The notes beneath the pieces were generated by a model that saw only the letters and a list, made by a program, of their open reading frames with translations, had not been told where the DNA came from and searched no databases. This document shows positions 13,865 through 26,047 of a DNA stretch of 64,000 nt, piece by piece. Source of the DNA: Chiloscyllium plagiosum (taxonomy: Eukaryota). A program made the position numbers and the translations under genes. Numbering within the stretch: the first letter of the stretch is position 1; each line of letters starts with the position of its first letter. The DNA lies in the NCBI RefSeq assembly GCF_004010195.1, contig NC_057723.1, forward strand, positions 49,917,940 to 49,981,939, read 5' to 3'.

Positions 13865-13990
13865 TAAATACTGTAAATGGTAGAAATCTGAAACATCACA
13901 GGGAATTCTGGAGAAACTCAGCAGGTCTGGCAGCTTCTGTGGAGAGAGAAATAAAAGTAGTATTTTGAGTCTGGTATGATTTCTTCAGAA
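13865..13990 (-). mobile_element. Old Penelope-type pLTR fragment
   Basis: ctggagaaactcagcaggtctggcagc..ctgtggagaga motif shared with the 20.3, 25.9, 41.6 and 63.9 kb copies; ends at tcttcag (CTGAAGA on the minus strand). Confidence 0.55.
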
Positions 13991-15364
13991 TTAGTCTGAT
14001 TTCTGATGCAATTCTTTACTGTCTTAAAATAGTTATACAGTGAAAGAAAGACACCATTTGAAACAAACTGATACTTATGTTTGAATGTCGAGAATCTGTT
14101 AAAAGGAATTTTAATCCTTTTCTGATCAAGTTCAATTCTTCAGGTAACAGACACTGAATAGACTCATGGGGCCGAATGGCCTGTTGTATATTTGTTCTTG
14201 TGGTTATACTAACCCTTGCTGCACAAACTGATATATTGTGCGTAGATTTAGAAGTGATTGTGTAACAAGTCTGTAAAATCTCCAGTTAGTATACTAATGT
14301 TTCCTCAAACAGTGAAAACAATTAGAGTTTTTTCTTTGTTCTCCTCTCCACCCCACGTGGAGCAGACTTAAGGAGGTAGGTTGCACTTAAATGCAAGATT
14401 TGCCCCTCAATGTTGGATAATGGAATATTGTTTTCTTTTTGGCATTTTTGTTCACAAAAGATGCTTTCAGGTCCGGTTAGTTTATTTAGACTCTATTCTG
14501 ACATCAGTATTGTACCAATTTTAGGACATGACTCCCTCTGACATCCATGTGACATTTCCTGAGTAGCATTACCAATGAAATATTGAAATAGGGGACACTA
14601 TTATGCTTCGGTACATGGTCACTAGGCAGGGGATGAAGACTGTTTCAGATCATTTGATATAAGCTTGTCAGAGTGAGCTAGGAGGCCTGGATTCAAGTCA
14701 CACCTGCTCCAGAGTATATAATAACATCTCTAAACAGATTGATTAGAAAATGTTAATTAGCAAGTGGTGGTTGCATCTTATCAGTCAGTTTGGATTCAAA
14801 TCCATGTACTAGATGTGAAAGGGCTAAAGCCATGCCATTGTTTTTAATCAACAACCATTTTTAACCAAGTGCACAAATTAATTGATAAACATTAGGAATG
14901 CTTAAAAATCTGAATTAAAAGCAGAGAAAGCTGGAAATATTCTGAATAACGGTTTGTTAATTTGAAAAATCTATTACATTTTTACTCCTGATGTACTAAT
15001 TTTTTCTGGATTTTCAGTTTCTAGTGCAACTTAAGTATTTCTGTGCCCAATTAAACTTTGACTATGAATTTTATAGTGGTTTCATTTTGGCTGTTCCTTC
15101 CTTTTCTGTGTAACCTATCTAGATTAATGATAAAATGGATAGATTACAAACTGATAAACCAATTCTTTACCTAATTGGTGTTGTGTGCGTAATGCCATCT
15201 CCAACCAAGAAAGAGTGCTAATTGACAGTGCCATTACAGAATCAGATGAACATTTATGAAGAGAGGTAGTATTTTCTACTGGATGCAAATTCAAGGCAGA
15301 TCACCTGAAATGTTGCTAGTTTTCCTAAAGTTTGACCACTGATTTCAGCTGCGAAATTATGGGG

Positions 15365-15525
15365 TACAATTACAACATTTAAAAGGCATTTGGAAAGGTT
15401 TATGACTGGAAGGGTTTAGAGGGCTATGGGCCAAATGCTAGAAAATGGCACTAGATCAGTTCGGGAATGTCTGATTGGTGCGGTTGAGTCGAACCGAAGG
15501 TTCTGTTTCTGTGCTGTATGACTCT
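15365..15525 (+). mobile_element. CR1/HER1-type LINE 3' tip
   Basis: acaattacaacatttaaaaggcatttgg...gtgctgtatgactcta, similar to the 2.6 and 43.7 kb copies. Confidence 0.8.
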
Positions 15526-16179
15526 AGAGAAGATGCCACCAAAAGGATGTCTCCTTCAATGGGGTAACATTTGGGCTGTTGTTTCCTCTGATCTTTTACC
15601 ACCTTCCCTACCAGCAGCTTCAAGAAGTTCCAGCAACACACAAGAGGAAATCCTATCAAAACCTAGTCCCAGTTATCATTTACAATGGAGGGCAGAACAA
15701 AATGGGAAAAGGTTATTGGGGTAGTCGTAATATGCATTTGAGATTACATTCAAATTAGCCAGGATCCTATTAAATGGTGGAACAGGTTGAGGTGCTGAAC
15801 AGCCTGCTCCTCCTTCATATGTAACATTAACAGTTGGAATGGGAGTAGGGGGAATACAGTACATTTACTGAGGCTATATTTGGCCTCACCATTGTGTTTT
15901 CCTCCATTATCTACTGCTATCTTAACTTGATATTTAATGAATCTTATTCAATTGATCTATTAAGCAACCAACAGCATTCACTTTCTTTGTCACCACAGAT
16001 AATGTAGCTGGTAACATCTAAGATTATCAGTCTCAAATGGCCATTGTTTGATGTCTTCATTTCTTGATCACTGAAGGAACAATAACAGGTCAAAATAAAA
16101 CTTCCCCCAATAGAAGCTTTATATATCTTTTGCCACATCTGTTGCACACCAACCAGTGTGTTAAACCCTTATCTTTACA

Positions 16180-16640
16180 AAGCTGAATTTAAGAGTGAAA
16201 TCTGGGATGACACTCAAGTCTGTATTTATGCAGTGAAGGTCTCCGAGATGATTTGATATGAAAAGTTGCAGTGCACCGAGTCAGAGGATTGTGGATTCTA
16301 GCACCACCTTGGGATACAATCAAAGTTGGCATTTTATTGTCTTATTGGAGATATCATGTTTCATGGCCAACACTGTACCAAGAATCATGTGGACATCCAT
16401 TCCATGGTATTCTTTTAAAGGAGAGAAAGGAAGTTATTTTGCATCCTTGGTCTATATTTTGTTTTGAACCACATTACCAAAACAAATTATCTGGTCATTT
16501 ACTTTCTTTGCTATTTGTGGGAGTCTGACAGACAAAACTGACTCTGTTATTGATATAACAGCAAATACATTTCAACTTAGCTTAATGGCTATGAGCATCC
16601 TTCATACTGAGGATTGAAAGACATTAAGTAAATGAAAATG
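16180..16640 (+). mobile_element. Decayed Deu-domain SINE
   Basis: tccatggtattctttt..aggaagtt..tccttggtc..aaacaaattatctggtcatt..ttgctatttgtgggagtct matches the reverse complement of the 3.5-4.1 kb copy. Confidence 0.5.
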
Positions 16641-17571
16641 GAAGTATTAAGTGTTCTTAACAACATCATGTCCACAACACGGGAATCTTTAGAAAACAGT
16701 AATATTTTCCTGAGTGTGCATGTAGTTCATATGATGTAATAATTGCTCCAGCACTTTTTTAAACATTTGATGAAGCGGGTAAGCTTAAAACCCACAATAT
16801 TTTGAGATAAAGATTTTATTTCTTTAGTTATCTACATTGATCAACCACATTTTTTTATTTTTGTGCTGTCCTCACCTTCACATAATTTTATATTCAAGCT
16901 CTTTGCTTGAGAAACTGATGTGATTGTTGTTCCAGCCTCTTAGAACAGGGAAAAAGCAAGTCCCTATGATCAAATGAATAGAAATGATGAAGCCACATCT
17001 CCCAGTTAAAAGACAAATTGTGTATTTAATCAATTTCTGTAATGCAAAGGGATTACATGAACCAAAATATCTGGAGACATACCAGTTATGACATTATCAT
17101 GCTCTTTCATTTCCTGCTTCAATACAATCTCCATTCTGCAGCCTTGTCATAAAATAAGTTTTGTTAACAACCAGTGCAACACAAAGCACATTGATGAAAG
17201 TTTGCTGGACAATGCTATATGTGAGCAGTCTATTCAACATTGAAGGTTGCCAGAGTTTTAATCTGAAATCGGACATTCTACTGAGAGAGTCAGTGGTCAC
17301 TTTTTACTGTTTACGGATTGTCAAAATGACAGCTTTAAGATTGTTGTAAAGGAATTGGGTCATAATGTCATTAGAATTCCATTGCTGTGGACTATAGTAA
17401 TAATGAAGTAGTCAATGAAAGTAACTTTGGACTGCTCAGAATGACACATACCAATAAAACAACAGTAAATTGTGCAATGGTATGGCAGAACTCCAGCATT
17501 TGTGTTCAGTAATTTCCATGGAGACATATTTCTCTTGTTACTTTGGCCAGATGTTATATATTGAACCATAT

Positions 17572-17918
17572 CATACAATCCCTACAGTGTGGAAGTAGGC
17601 CTTTTGGCCAAACGAGTCCACACCGACCCTCCAAAGAGTATCCCATCCATACCCAACCCATTCTGACACCCTGCATTTGCCCATGGCTATTCCACCTAGC
17701 CTGCACCACCCTGGACACTATGGGCAACTTAGCATGGCCAACTCACCTAACCTGCACAACTTTCGACTGTGGGAGGGAACTGGAGCACTCAGAGGAAACC
17801 CACATAGACACCAAGAGAACGTGCAAACTCCACACAGACAATCACCTGAGGATGGAATTGAACTCAGGTCCCTGTCACTGTGAGGCAGCAGCACTAACCA
17901 CTGAGCTATTGTGCCACC
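17572..17918 (-). mobile_element. HE1-type tRNA-derived SINE, full length
   Basis: Minus strand: A box TAGCTCAGTGG, B box GAGTTCAATTCC, central gtgtggagtttgcac, LINE-like tail ccacactgtagggat; flanked by an accatat repeat. Confidence 0.88.
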
Positions 17919-18689
17919 ATATTTTCTGATCTATGTGCCAATTCTGTGTAGTTCAGTGATTGAAGTTGAATGTTTTCAAATATAAATTACGAGTCACTAG
18001 TGGCTCTCTCAGCTAAAATGTCAGGGGGAAGGGAAGGGAAGGACAAAACTATCCAAAAGAAGAACTGCATTTGGCTGTTAAAAGGAAGGAGGTGGGATTT
18101 CCCTCATAAGCTCTTTGAAACATGAGTTCCTGTCTATCAGATATTGGCTGCTCCTGATGTAGCAGTGGTGCCAGAAATGAGCAGTGACACAATAGTATTG
18201 CCCTCACGTAGCAAGGAGGCAAACTTATGGATTGGAACTTTGTAACAGTTTGGGCATCAGCAAGTGGAATGATGCCTAGGTTTTACGAGACCAATGGGGA
18301 AGAAAGGTCCAGGAGCATTAGACGTGATGGGGCCAGGAGGCTTGTTAGGAAGGGTCCCTATCTACCACCACCATCCACCCCAGTCTGCACTGCAAAATAC
18401 ATTGGACTGGCTCTGTACATTGGCCTATCCCATCACTGGTTAAATGTCAGCAATGATGGGATAGAGTCCTGTGAAATGCCAGTCCTGCAGGAAATTAATT
18501 ATCCATGTAAGGGCCTCAGTTAGTCTACTGGTGGCCAGGCTGCTGAGGGCAGTGCTGCTGATGTAACTGTGATGGGAGTAAGGGTGGTAGGCAGGTGGCA
18601 GGCAGGCACTGTGAAAGTTAATGTGGCCTCACTTTCAAACCCATTGGCAGAGTATGTTGAATCCAATCAATAGACTCATTATGGCTCAG

Positions 18690-19740
18690 CAAGTGCACTT
18701 TTATTCCATGTCAGCTTTTCATAGAGCAAGACAGTCAGTCTCATTCCCGGCAATGTTCCATATCTCAAATGGCTATCCAATTTCTTTTTGAAATCATTCA
18801 CAAATTCCACTACTCTTAACTCCAAGCCTTAATCTCTCATTGCTTAAAAAAAATTCTTCTCCACATTCCCCTGCATGTCCCCAATCTTTATGCAATCAGC
18901 TTATTTTTGTATATTGAATTTAAACCTGTCATAATCCAGTCCATGAAATTTATCCATCAAAATTTTCTTTGTTCTCCATTGCTCCAAGGAATTCCAACTT
19001 ATCTAACCCAACTTTGTTACATAATTCACTTACTCCTGGATCCTTTCTGGTAAATCACCTTGAACCTGTCAAGGATCTTCACATCTCCTGAAGTCTGATG
19101 CCCCGAAGTGGAAACAAAATTCTGTTTGTGATGTAACAAGACCTTTTTAATGATTCAGCATAGTCAAATTCTTATAATCAAAATTTCTATTTAAGACACC
19201 CAAGATCCCATATGAATTGCTAAGTACTCTGTCTACGTGTCCTGCCACTGTCAAGCCCCCAAGTCCCTTTGATGCTGTACATTCTTTAGATCTGTCATTA
19301 AGTCTACACTGCATCTCTCAAACCCTTCTGTCAAAATGAATCATCTTGCTCTCTGTATTAAATTACATCTGCCACTTGTCTGCCAATTCTACTCTACCAT
19401 CTATGTCCTGCTACTGTTGATTGATATCATACTCATCGTCAGTCACGGCACCAAGTTTGGAATCACTGTTGACTTCATAACTTTTACTCTCTATTCCAAT
19501 GTCCAAATGACTTAATTGTTTTGTATGTAAAAGAGTGGCCCAATCACTCAACCTTCGGAACACCATTGTTTATTGTCCTCCAATCTGAAAAATAGCCATT
19601 TACTACAACCCTTGTTTTCTGACCTTAAATCATTATTTTATTCTGAACTGATGCTGGCAGTCCAATTGCATTAACCACCCTTTTATGTGGTTCTTTGCCA
19701 AATGCTTTCCTTCCATTATCTCTGTCACATCCCAGAATGC
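18690..19740 (-). mobile_element. Old CR1-like LINE fragment
   Basis: Diverged colinear similarity to the other minus-strand CR1 copies (aaattacatctgccac, ccttcggaacaccatt, ccaaatgctttc). Confidence 0.55.
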
Positions 19741-20257
19741 AAGTGCAGTTGAGCCAGGTGATTTATCTTACCTAAGCAAAGCACTAGGCCTACGAACATG
19801 TATCATCCTCTTTGCCCTAACTTGGCTGCAGCCCTTAATAAAACATGTTCACCATAAGTCTTTTGACCATATGCAATGCGGTCCGGGAAGATAATCTCCA
19901 TAGATGGAGAGAGTTTACTGTCTTGAATTAAATTTTTCAGTTTTAGATCTTTTCTAATTTAGTTTATTTTTGACGAGAATACTAGTAGGGATGAAAGGTT
20001 GGTTTCAGGATTAAAGTTTCATGGAAGGGGAAAGTTCCAGATTCTTTACTTCTGTTCACTTTTTGTGAACTACTGTTGCACAGTGTATGCAAATGGTTTT
20101 CAGATGGGGACAGGATTTGGTTTATCAGCTACAAGTGTTCGTTATCTGGACTCAAACTAAAATCATTAGTGAAGTGTGTTCTGTTTTTAAAGCAAAAGTT
20201 TAATTAATTACGTCATACAGAACACAAATTAAAAAGCTCTATAAATAAAATACAAAG

Positions 20258-20472
20258 GTGAAATACTGCAGATGCAGAAACTCCAAAATTGAAAATATAG
20301 TTAATATGGTAGTATTTGTGGAAGGAAACAGAGTTAATGGCTTGGGTTGAGATGAGCTTTCATTGGAGCTGATGTTATGACCAGCCATCTTGACTTGAGA
20401 CATTAACTGTTTTGCTTCACAGATGATGCCTAACTCTTTGAGTATTTCTAGCATTGTTTTCATTTTATTCCT
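20258..20472. mobile_element. Old palindromic Penelope-type insertion
   Basis: Left arm aaatactgcagatgc...gtggaaggaaacagagttaatg and right arm cattaactgttttgcttcacagatgatgcc...tttctagcatt are diverged inverted copies. Confidence 0.5.
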
Positions 20473-22098
20473 GTCAATTAAGTATTGGCTGGATATATAA
20501 AGGCTACTCAAATCTAACACTGTAAATTGGATAATCCATGTCTGAGTTTTATTATATATTTTATTTTTCTCTGTATTCATTTTAGGATATTACTCATGAG
20601 ACAACCTCCACCCCCTGACCATTGTCCCAGCTTAATCTAATGTTAACAATAATGTTCTGTTAATTGGAAGCTGGCTTGGAATTGGCCTGTTCTAATTAAA
20701 TTTTATTGAGATTTCTGATTGACACTCTAGTTGACTTTTGTGTTTTTGGTTTGGATTGTTTCTCATTATACCATTGACGCCAGACCTTGGTGTGACCAGT
20801 CACAAGACATGTAATCTTTCCTACATTGCAAAGGTTGCATTTCATTTCAATAAAAGGAGTCACTCCATTTGGATTGCTCAACTTTTATCAGGAAAACATT
20901 TCCTTATTAGCCTTATAGAGCAATATGCAGCAAGTCAGAAATATATTAATCTTTATCATTACATTGCAATGTCTCACATGAGGCCCAGTAATGATTAAAT
21001 TATAGATATGCATATAGAGTTCCATATCCAAGTCCAAAAGGCCATATTTATTCATCAATAATGTGGCATAGTTCGAGCTAAAGACTGGAGATAACCCACA
21101 TAAGTGAATAGCAGTGATAGGTCAGTAACTGTACCTTAAACGTTTGTAATGATCTGAGACACATTCAGAATTAATGAAATAGAATCTGAGAAACCTACAG
21201 CAAGACATTTACAGTTATAAAAATTTAAACAATTAAAGGACCATTTGCAAAATAGTACCCAGAATTGTTGCTTTTCTTAATGTTGCAATGATGAAAACTT
21301 TGATATTGTGCCATAACTACTAAAAATATATGTCTATTATAATAATTAACTACACCATATACTTTGTCTGAGATTAGCTACATTCATTCACAGAACTTTA
21401 TGGGTCACCAGAATTATTAACTCTGTGGTCAGTACTTCAGTGACTGCTATCGAACACCCAAGTTATTTATCATTATTTATTATTAACAAGAAGATTATGA
21501 GTTAAAAAGAAAGGATTTGAATTTAAATAGTACCCTTTGTGCCCTCAATATCTCAGTGCACTTCACAGCTAACAAATTATTTTAAAGCATAATCACCCTT
21601 TGCTATAGAAATGGGACCACCAACATGCGCACAGTAGGATCCCTTGAATAGTAGCTTTGGACAAGGAGTAAATGTCAGTTACAATCAAGAGAATACCTTA
21701 CTTTCCTTAGAAAGCATGTATGAGTTCTGCTGCAACAATTAGGGTCTTAGTTTAAAGTTTCTTCCAGTAATGGAATGTCAGTCTAGATTGCATGCTCAAA
21801 TGCTGAAGTCCTGGGGCACAGCTTGTTCCTGCAACACTGGAACTTGTTTTCTGGAATCGAGAAAATTATCACTGATTCTCTCAGCATTAGTATTACTTTC
21901 AATAATTATAGCTCTTTATTGTTATTATTATTGGTGGTCTGAAAGGAAACATTTAAATCATGGGTCACCAGACTAGGTAGTGCAAAACGTCCCTGACAAT
22001 GAAGACACTTACTATCGTTTGATTTCTCACTCGCAGATCCCAGCTCAGGGTTATCCCTACATGTCTTGGAGGACAGATTGGAACAGGGATCTGCAGAT

Positions 22099-22807
22099 AG
22101 TCATAGAGATGTACAGCATCGAAGCACATTCTTCGGTCCAACTCGTCCATGCCGACCAGATATCCCAACCCAATCTAGTCCCACCTGCCAGCATGTCTCC
22201 AAACCCTTCCTATTCATATACCCATCTACAAGCCTTTTAAATGTTGCATTTGTACTCACCTCCACCACTTTCTCTGGCAGCTCATTCCATACACTACCAC
22301 CTTCTGCATGAAAAAGTTGCCCCTTAGGTCTCTCTTATATCTAGCCCCTCTCACCCTAAACTTATGTCCCTGGACTCCCCGACCCCAGGGAAAAGACTTT
22401 GTCTATTTATCCTATCCATGCCCCTCATGATTTTATAAACCTCTATAAGGTCACCCCTCAGCCTCCGACGCTCCAGGGAAAACAGTCCTAGCCTATTCAA
22501 CCTCTCCCTATAATTCAAATCCTCCAACCCTGGAAACATCCTAGTAAATCTTTTCTGAATCCTTTCAAGTTTCACAACATCCTTACGATCGGAAGACCAG
22601 AAATGCATGCAATATTCCAACAGTGGCCTAACCAATGTCCTGTACAGCCGCAACATGACTTCTCAACTCATGTACTCAATACTCTGACCAAATGCCTTCT
22701 TCACTGTCCTATCTACCTGCGACTCCACTTTCAAGGAGCTATATACCTGCACTCCAAGGTCTCATTGTTCCGTAACACTCCCTCGGACCTTACCATTAAG
22801 TGTATAA
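22099..22807 (-). mobile_element. CR1/HER1-type LINE 3' fragment (relatively young)
   Basis: ORF 22351..22656 (LYRTLVRPLLEYC..W..KLERIQKRFTRM.PGL..LGLFSLERRRLRGDLIEVYKI); agtcatagag tail. Confidence 0.92.
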
Positions 22808-25800
22808 ATGTTGATTCTCTGGCCACTGGTGGCATAGAACCAGGGCAGAAGGCAGGCTTAGCACAGTTGCCAATGCTTGAGATTGCACACAAGTTCACTT
22901 GCGGAGAACTCAAATGACTATTTCAATTGGGAAACATTTTGAAGAAAACTCATGGGTATGAACAAACGATGATTTGGTTGTTACAATCTCCAAGGAGACA
23001 ACCTTGAGAAAAAATAGTCAGATTTCCAGTGACATGATCAAATGACATGATTTTAAGTTTAAGACTTTTGATGTAACAAAGTAAAAGCCATATTGATGTT
23101 ACTGTAATTCAGTAAGGAATTTATACTGCTAAATGAAGAATCATTTCTACAATTTACTTAAAAATGACCAAAAATCCCCTTCCATACATGTACTTTATTC
23201 TGTCCCTTCGTGGGGCCGGTTCAAAGAATTCTCAGCTGATGGTGGCTCGTTTCCTTTTTCCAGTCAGGTAACTTGTAATCCCTGATCCATGAATGTTGTG
23301 TTTAGTGGGCAATAGAGAGTGGCTGACGCAGACACACACAGACACATACACACCTGTCTGCAACACCCAGCTGGCAGGCTTGCATATTTTGTACCGTTGT
23401 CCAATTAAAACGATCTGCGTCCTCACTTAAACTGTAACAGCCAAGCCATTCACTTGTTTTTGTCAAGCAGAAGTCAGACCATATTACACCTTCCCAACTT
23501 CATATGACCATTTTATCTGGCATTAAAGAGACTGTCACAAAGTATAACAAACTCTTAAAAACTTGTATTTGTGACATTATGTTATGGAAAACTTGTCAGA
23601 ATGCCTGTAATTAATGTCAGGAAGTAGGTGAAGTGCTGCATCAAGTTGACATACGGCTTCATTCAGCTTTTGAAGCCTCTCTTTTCAGGCATACAAGTGA
23701 TACCGCGATGCTCAGGTGTGGAATTCTTTGTGAATGTAGAATCGGAAGTGTGGACATTGGACAGTGGCATTGCAATCAGGTTGGATGTTCATGGACTGCC
23801 TGGCCAGGTAGATGCTGTCAATGTTACCTTCTCTCTTCCTTTCCCTTTACTGACTCTATTCTGTACTTCCGTATCATTTAGCTACTGATAAGGCCAGTAA
23901 GGATGGTAGAAACGTGAAGCATGCAGCAGAATCTTGACACCTGCTTTATTGAGGATTGAAAGGCTACTTCAGAATGGTTCAGATAACAGAAGTTCTGTTT
24001 CTTGAATTTTATAGTACATCATGTGTATTTCAGATGCACACAGTACTCATCAGCCATGTTGTCAGTGGATAGGTTTTATGACCCATTAGTGACACTCCAG
24101 TTTCTTTTTTGTTGCATTGATATACATTTGCAGAATGAATTGCTATGGAAGTAATTGCTGTCAGGATGCCAGACATTGATCTGTATAATTGACTACATAT
24201 GGGTGTATACCAGCTAGATACCAAAGGAGTAGAACTCTCTCAGTTGTAGCATAGGGTAGCATTGAAATATGTTGCCCATAAAGTTATAAACATGTAGTAA
24301 ATTGTGACTTGACGAAGCCTGCAACCTTACAAAAACCGTGTTCTCACTCCTCTTGTTTGTCTCAGATTAGGGAGAAGGAAATGTGCTTCGTTGTCAATGG
24401 ATTGTGTGTGTCAGTGGGCTTTCAGCAAATTGAAAGGCCAACAGTATTGACAGTCCTGTCTGATTGACGCCAGATGCATGGTTTCATGGTAATTTTCATG
24501 GCAATTGGGTTTTATCCTGTCTGTGATTATAGCTCTGGCTTTGGCAGGTGGAAGATTTTATTGAGAATGTTCTTCCTGAAACAGAGAGAGCACATAGATT
24601 GTTACTGGCTCAGATTAAGCTAATGGGAATTGCTCCCTGAGCATCCTGGATATATTTATAACCCTACTCTCATTCGTTCTTTCTTACTGAATCAAGGAGA
24701 ATCTACTGTGTCAGGTTTTCCCAGAAACTGGACCTCCTTTGATACCAGATTCGGACAAGTTATTGACCTTCAAGATAAAGTAAAACTGTACTGGTCTTAA
24801 TTGTAGGACTTCTTGATAGGGCATTAGCAAAGGCTATAGATTTTTACGCAGGTAGTGACAGCGATGAACGATATCAATTATTCCCATCATCTAAGAGAGT
24901 TTGGCATCTGCTATGCTTTGTTAGGCACTGTGACCCACTTGGATATTAATAGCATAGATATCTCTACAAGCAGACAGGCTGCTTTATTTGCGTGCAAACA
25001 TTCAGGATAAAAACATGAGGGCTGCTGACCACTTTACATATTTTCCCAATTAACCAGCCTTTCTCAGAAACCAGGCAATGCTTATCCTATAAAAATTGCC
25101 ACTTTAGCAAGTTGAAAAGTATAATAAATAAAGCAAAATGGACCTTTAGGTCCATCACAAGTACAACATCACAAATCTGGCTGGTTGGCTGAAAACTAGA
25201 CACCATGCATCAATTTTAATTGTGATTAAATGAGTAAGAAAGCTGGAGTGGAATTCAGCAAGGTGATGCTTTAGCACGGTGGTTTACCAAACTAGTTATC
25301 ACCAATCTTTTTTCATTCTTTAAGTGTCTGTGTGACTTTTGATCCGACCCAACTTGACTTGACACACATTTACTTTGAATCCAGTGCAGCGTACGAGTCA
25401 ACCTTGCTTTCGTTTTTCAAATGTTGCCTCTTCACAACTATGTTTCCTGTTTAATGAGAAGAAATTAGTCAATTGATTTCATGTTTCTCCTATCAATTGA
25501 ATTAATGTTCTCATTTCTTTTCCTGCGAATACTGGCAACATCCAAAATCCAGGACAGCTAGGCTGCCAGTTTTGAAACATTGTTTGGAATTATTCCTGAT
25601 AACTTGAAAATTGTGCGGAGAATGCACCTCAGAAGACGTTGGGGTGAATTTTAGTTCCTGGCAGTGAGCCAATGGGATATACAGGCCATTAGGTCAACTG
25701 TTGCAGGAGAAAACTTTTCCATTTTAATGGCCTGACCTCATTGGCATACTGCTGGCCAGCTGCACCTGAAATCATCAGATCTGCCTTGAGAAAGATCTGA

Positions 25801-25914
25801 GATCATGGAGACCATCAGCTGTTTGGTTCAAAGAGGATTTTGCAGATCAGAAGGAAGGAGCCTGAACATTAGCACCATGAGTTTTCTTTGAGTTTCATAT
25901 CAGACCTCCACGCA

Positions 25915-26047
25915 GCTCTGAGAAAGAGTCATAACTGGCTCAATTGTTAACTCTGTTCCTCTCTCTCCACAGATGCTGCCAGATCTGAGTTTCTCCAGTA
26001 TTTCGTGTTTTAATTTCAAACTTCTAGAGTAACAATATTTTGCTTTC
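25915..26047 (+). mobile_element. Old Penelope-type pLTR fragment
   Basis: gttaactctgtt..ctctccacagatgctgccaga..tgagtttctccag family motif. Confidence 0.55.

Noticed and set aside
17840-17918. tRNA gene
   Set aside because: The A and B boxes belong to a SINE head with a SINE body and tail; there is no complete cloverleaf. The same applies at 29520-29585.
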